In this document: in pieces, positions 61,903 through 64,000 of the stretch
How positions within the stretch are numbered: position 1 is the stretch's first letter
Layout: each line of letters begins with the position of its first letter
NCBI GenBank assembly: GCA_963662285.2
Contig: CAXXMV010000002.1
Span: forward strand, 480,001 to 544,000
Reading direction: 5' to 3'
Length of the DNA stretch: 64,000 bases
Origin: a bacterium
GTDB lineage: Bacteria > Hinthialibacterota > Hinthialibacteria > Hinthialibacterales > Hinthialibacteraceae
Made by a program: the position numbers and the translations under genes
The notes under the pieces: model-generated
What the model was told of the DNA's origin: nothing
Database searches by the model: none
Seen by the model: only the letters and a program-made list of their open reading frames with translations

Positions 61903-63729
61903 ATGAGTTACTTAGACCAGAATATAAAATTTCTTAAGCTGTGTGATGAGGTATTGGCGCAACGGGTGGCCAGTGATGAAAATGACGCCCCCATCGCATT
62001 GCAGGCAACCGAAGCGGGGCCGCCCACTCTGGTCGTGCAGAATGCTGACCAGGCCTATGCCCTGCATCACCCCGAAGACCCTATTTTGCAGAGCCGCGAT
62101 TTTCTCGATGCGATAGAGAATTGGAAGAAATCGCGCAATATCGCCATAATCGGCGGGGGGCTGTGTTATATTCCATTCTTGATCTATCAGGCCCAGAAAC
62201 GGCTGCGTAATTTGATCGTACTCGAACCGTCGATCAGCGTTTTCCGTGCGGCGATGCATGCGGTTGATATGACTCCGCTGCTACGCGATTCGCGGGTCCG
62301 TTTTGTAGTCGGTTCCCAGCCGGGGCTGGTTTATAATTCCCTGCTGCCTATGGTGGTCGAGTTGACCGCTAATCCACTGACCGCCATTGAGGTTCCATCC
62401 ATCAGCGCCGTATTTCCCGACTGGACCAAGTCGGTCAAGCAGCAGTTGATGGAAGTGATGCAGTTTGGTCAAAGCGGTTTGCAGACCAAGTTTAAGGACG
62501 GGCCGCTGACCCTGAGCAACCTTTTCCAAAACCTGCCGCTCATCGCCGAGTCTGCGGGATTAAGCGATTTGGGTGAGTCCCTCAAGGGAGTTCCCGCCAT
62601 CATCGTGGCCGCCGGACCTTCGCTGCAAAAGAATATTGAACAACTGCGCGAGGTGAACGATGATTTCCTGGTCATCTGCACCGATACCGCCTTCGAGACA
62701 TTACGCCGCAAAGGAATTAAGCCACACGCGGTCATCACGGTTGATCCGACTGAACTGAATCTCAAGCATTTCCCCGATGCGTGTTATGATGAGACGGTTT
62801 TGTTGTTTGATCCTGAAGCGCGTCCCGAAATCGCCCGGAAATTCAGTCGCCGCATGACCTTCATGACCGACAAACATCCATTTTTCGAGCATATAGATAA
62901 GAAACTGGGGGGCAAGGGCATTGCTCCCAAAGCCAGTATGGTATCGCAGGCTGGATTGTACGCCGCGCACTTCCTGGGCTGCGACCCGGTAATTCTGATC
63001 GGTCAGGACTTGGCGCTCGATCCACAGAGCGGCCATACCCATAATCCCGAAACCGCCTATTGCCGCACGGCGCAATTTGTGGAGGACGACCGCGACCATA
63101 TCGATATCCCTATCCCCTCCGGCGACCAAAGCATTTCGCGCGAAAACCTGTTTTGGGTGGAGGGCGTCGATGGCAAACCAGTTCCGACCATGCAGAACTT
63201 CATGGTCTATATCAGGTTGTTGGAAAAAGACGCGCATAATCTTCCCCTTCAAATCGTTGACGCCACCGAGGGAGGCGCCAAGATTAAGGGAACCGAGATT
63301 ACGACTCTGGCTGAAGCCATGAAGACCTACCGGAAATCCGGCGCCAAGGTTTCAGAGGCCTTTCAAACAGCTCACATTTCCGGTGATGACGCCCAGTCGC
63401 GTGCGCAAGATTTAATCAATTCATTAAAGAAAATCCTTATATCACGGGTGGATATCGCGCGTGATGCATTGAAGCAGCTGGAAGATTCGCCCGATATGTC
63501 TTTGCCAGTAATCAACAAAGCCATAGAGAGTTATCAGGAAAAAATATTCGCTGATCCAGTAGCCGAATACCTGATAGAATACGGCGCTCCACGGGAATTA
63601 TTCGAATTTATGAAGATGGGACCAGCCCGCGCAACTGACGATGAAGAACAAAAAAGGTCGCTGGAACGCTGCAGAATCTTGCTGGAAGCAGTAAAACAAG
63701 CGGCGGATCGTTTGCTTGAATATATGTAA
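61903..63729 (+). CDS. Motility-associated factor (Maf)/DUF115 family glycosyltransferase-like protein
   Basis: LHHPEDP, GGGLCY, AIIVAAGPSL.KN, CTDTA, VDP, GQDLA and DATEGGAKI motifs. Confidence 0.85.
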   Translation: MSYLDQNIKFLKLCDEVLAQRVASDENDAPIALQATEAGPPTLVVQNADQAYALHHPEDPILQSRDFLDAIENWKKSRNIAIIGGGLCYIPFLIYQAQKRLRNLIVLEPSISVFRAAMHAVDMTPLLRDSRVRFVVGSQPGLVYNSLLPMVVELTANPLTAIEVPSISAVFPDWTKSVKQQLMEVMQFGQSGLQTKFKDGPLTLSNLFQNLPLIAESAGLSDLGESLKGVPAIIVAAGPSLQKNIEQLREVNDDFLVICTDTAFETLRRKGIKPHAVITVDPTELNLKHFPDACYDETVLLFDPEARPEIARKFSRRMTFMTDKHPFFEHIDKKLGGKGIAPKASMVSQAGLYAAHFLGCDPVILIGQDLALDPQSGHTHNPETAYCRTAQFVEDDRDHIDIPIPSGDQSISRENLFWVEGVDGKPVPTMQNFMVYIRLLEKDAHNLPLQIVDATEGGAKIKGTEITTLAEAMKTYRKSGAKVSEAFQTAHISGDDAQSRAQDLINSLKKILISRVDIARDALKQLEDSPDMSLPVINKAIESYQEKIFADPVAEYLIEYGAPRELFEFMKMGPARATDDEEQKRSLERCRILLEAVKQAADRLLEYM

Positions 63730-63805
63730 ATCCTTTATTTTGCATGATTTATGTATTTATATTGATTCATTGCAAAAAAAAGTTAAAAAAAAATAAAAAA
63801 AACTC

Positions 63806-63835
63806 TTGACATGCGTCACATTTATCAGTTAAAAT
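63806..63835 (+). promoter_or_regulatory. Sigma-70-type promoter with an A-rich UP element
   Basis: A-tracts followed by TTGACA-18 nt-TAAAAT. Confidence 0.6.
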
Positions 63836-63897
63836 ATGTATACCATTGTGAGTACAGATTTTACCTGGTAGATTTTCTCGACCAAGAAAAATTTGCA

Positions 63898-63925
63898 GGA
63901 AAAGGCCGCGAGAGCGGCCTTTTCC
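63898..63925 (+). terminator. GC-rich hairpin with GAGA tetraloop
   Basis: ggaaaaggccgc-gaga-gcggccttttcc. Confidence 0.7.
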
Positions 63926-64000
63926 ATGTCTGGAGTTATTTTAAGTTATCTTTTATCTGAGCATTAATTATGCTAGGATGTTTATATAATGTTGTTATAA

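Noticed and set aside
62701-63252. 183-aa minus-strand ORF
   Set aside because: Antisense shadow of the GC-rich maf gene.

Overview
64 kb of bacterial chromosome (moderate GC, AT-rich spacers). I found no rRNA, tRNA, CRISPR array or intact transposase. Housekeeping and metabolic genes: pgi/pmi, thiC with a TPP riboswitch, gmd, rlpA, a complete hoxEFUYHW bidirectional NiFe-hydrogenase operon, tgt, lemA and a lone sucC. There are several two-component clusters. A perfect sigma-28 promoter and a Maf/DUF115 gene suggest flagellar motility. Two candidate defence loci: (1) a P-loop ATPase + TPR pair followed by two dynamin-like GTPases; (2) a MAD3/MAD4-like pair next to hicBA. The most notable signal is a short shared motif, x-[PG]-[VI]-x-[DN]-W-[SM]-x-[YH], in three unrelated secreted proteins. 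It is the extreme C-terminus in two and lies at an apparent former C-terminus in the third. A PorU/gingipain-like C25 peptidase lies in the same window. Together these suggest a little-described C-terminal protein-sorting system. Two small genes missing from the ORF track and two MITE/REP-like elements were also found. All family assignments come from recognising motifs by eye, not from database searches.
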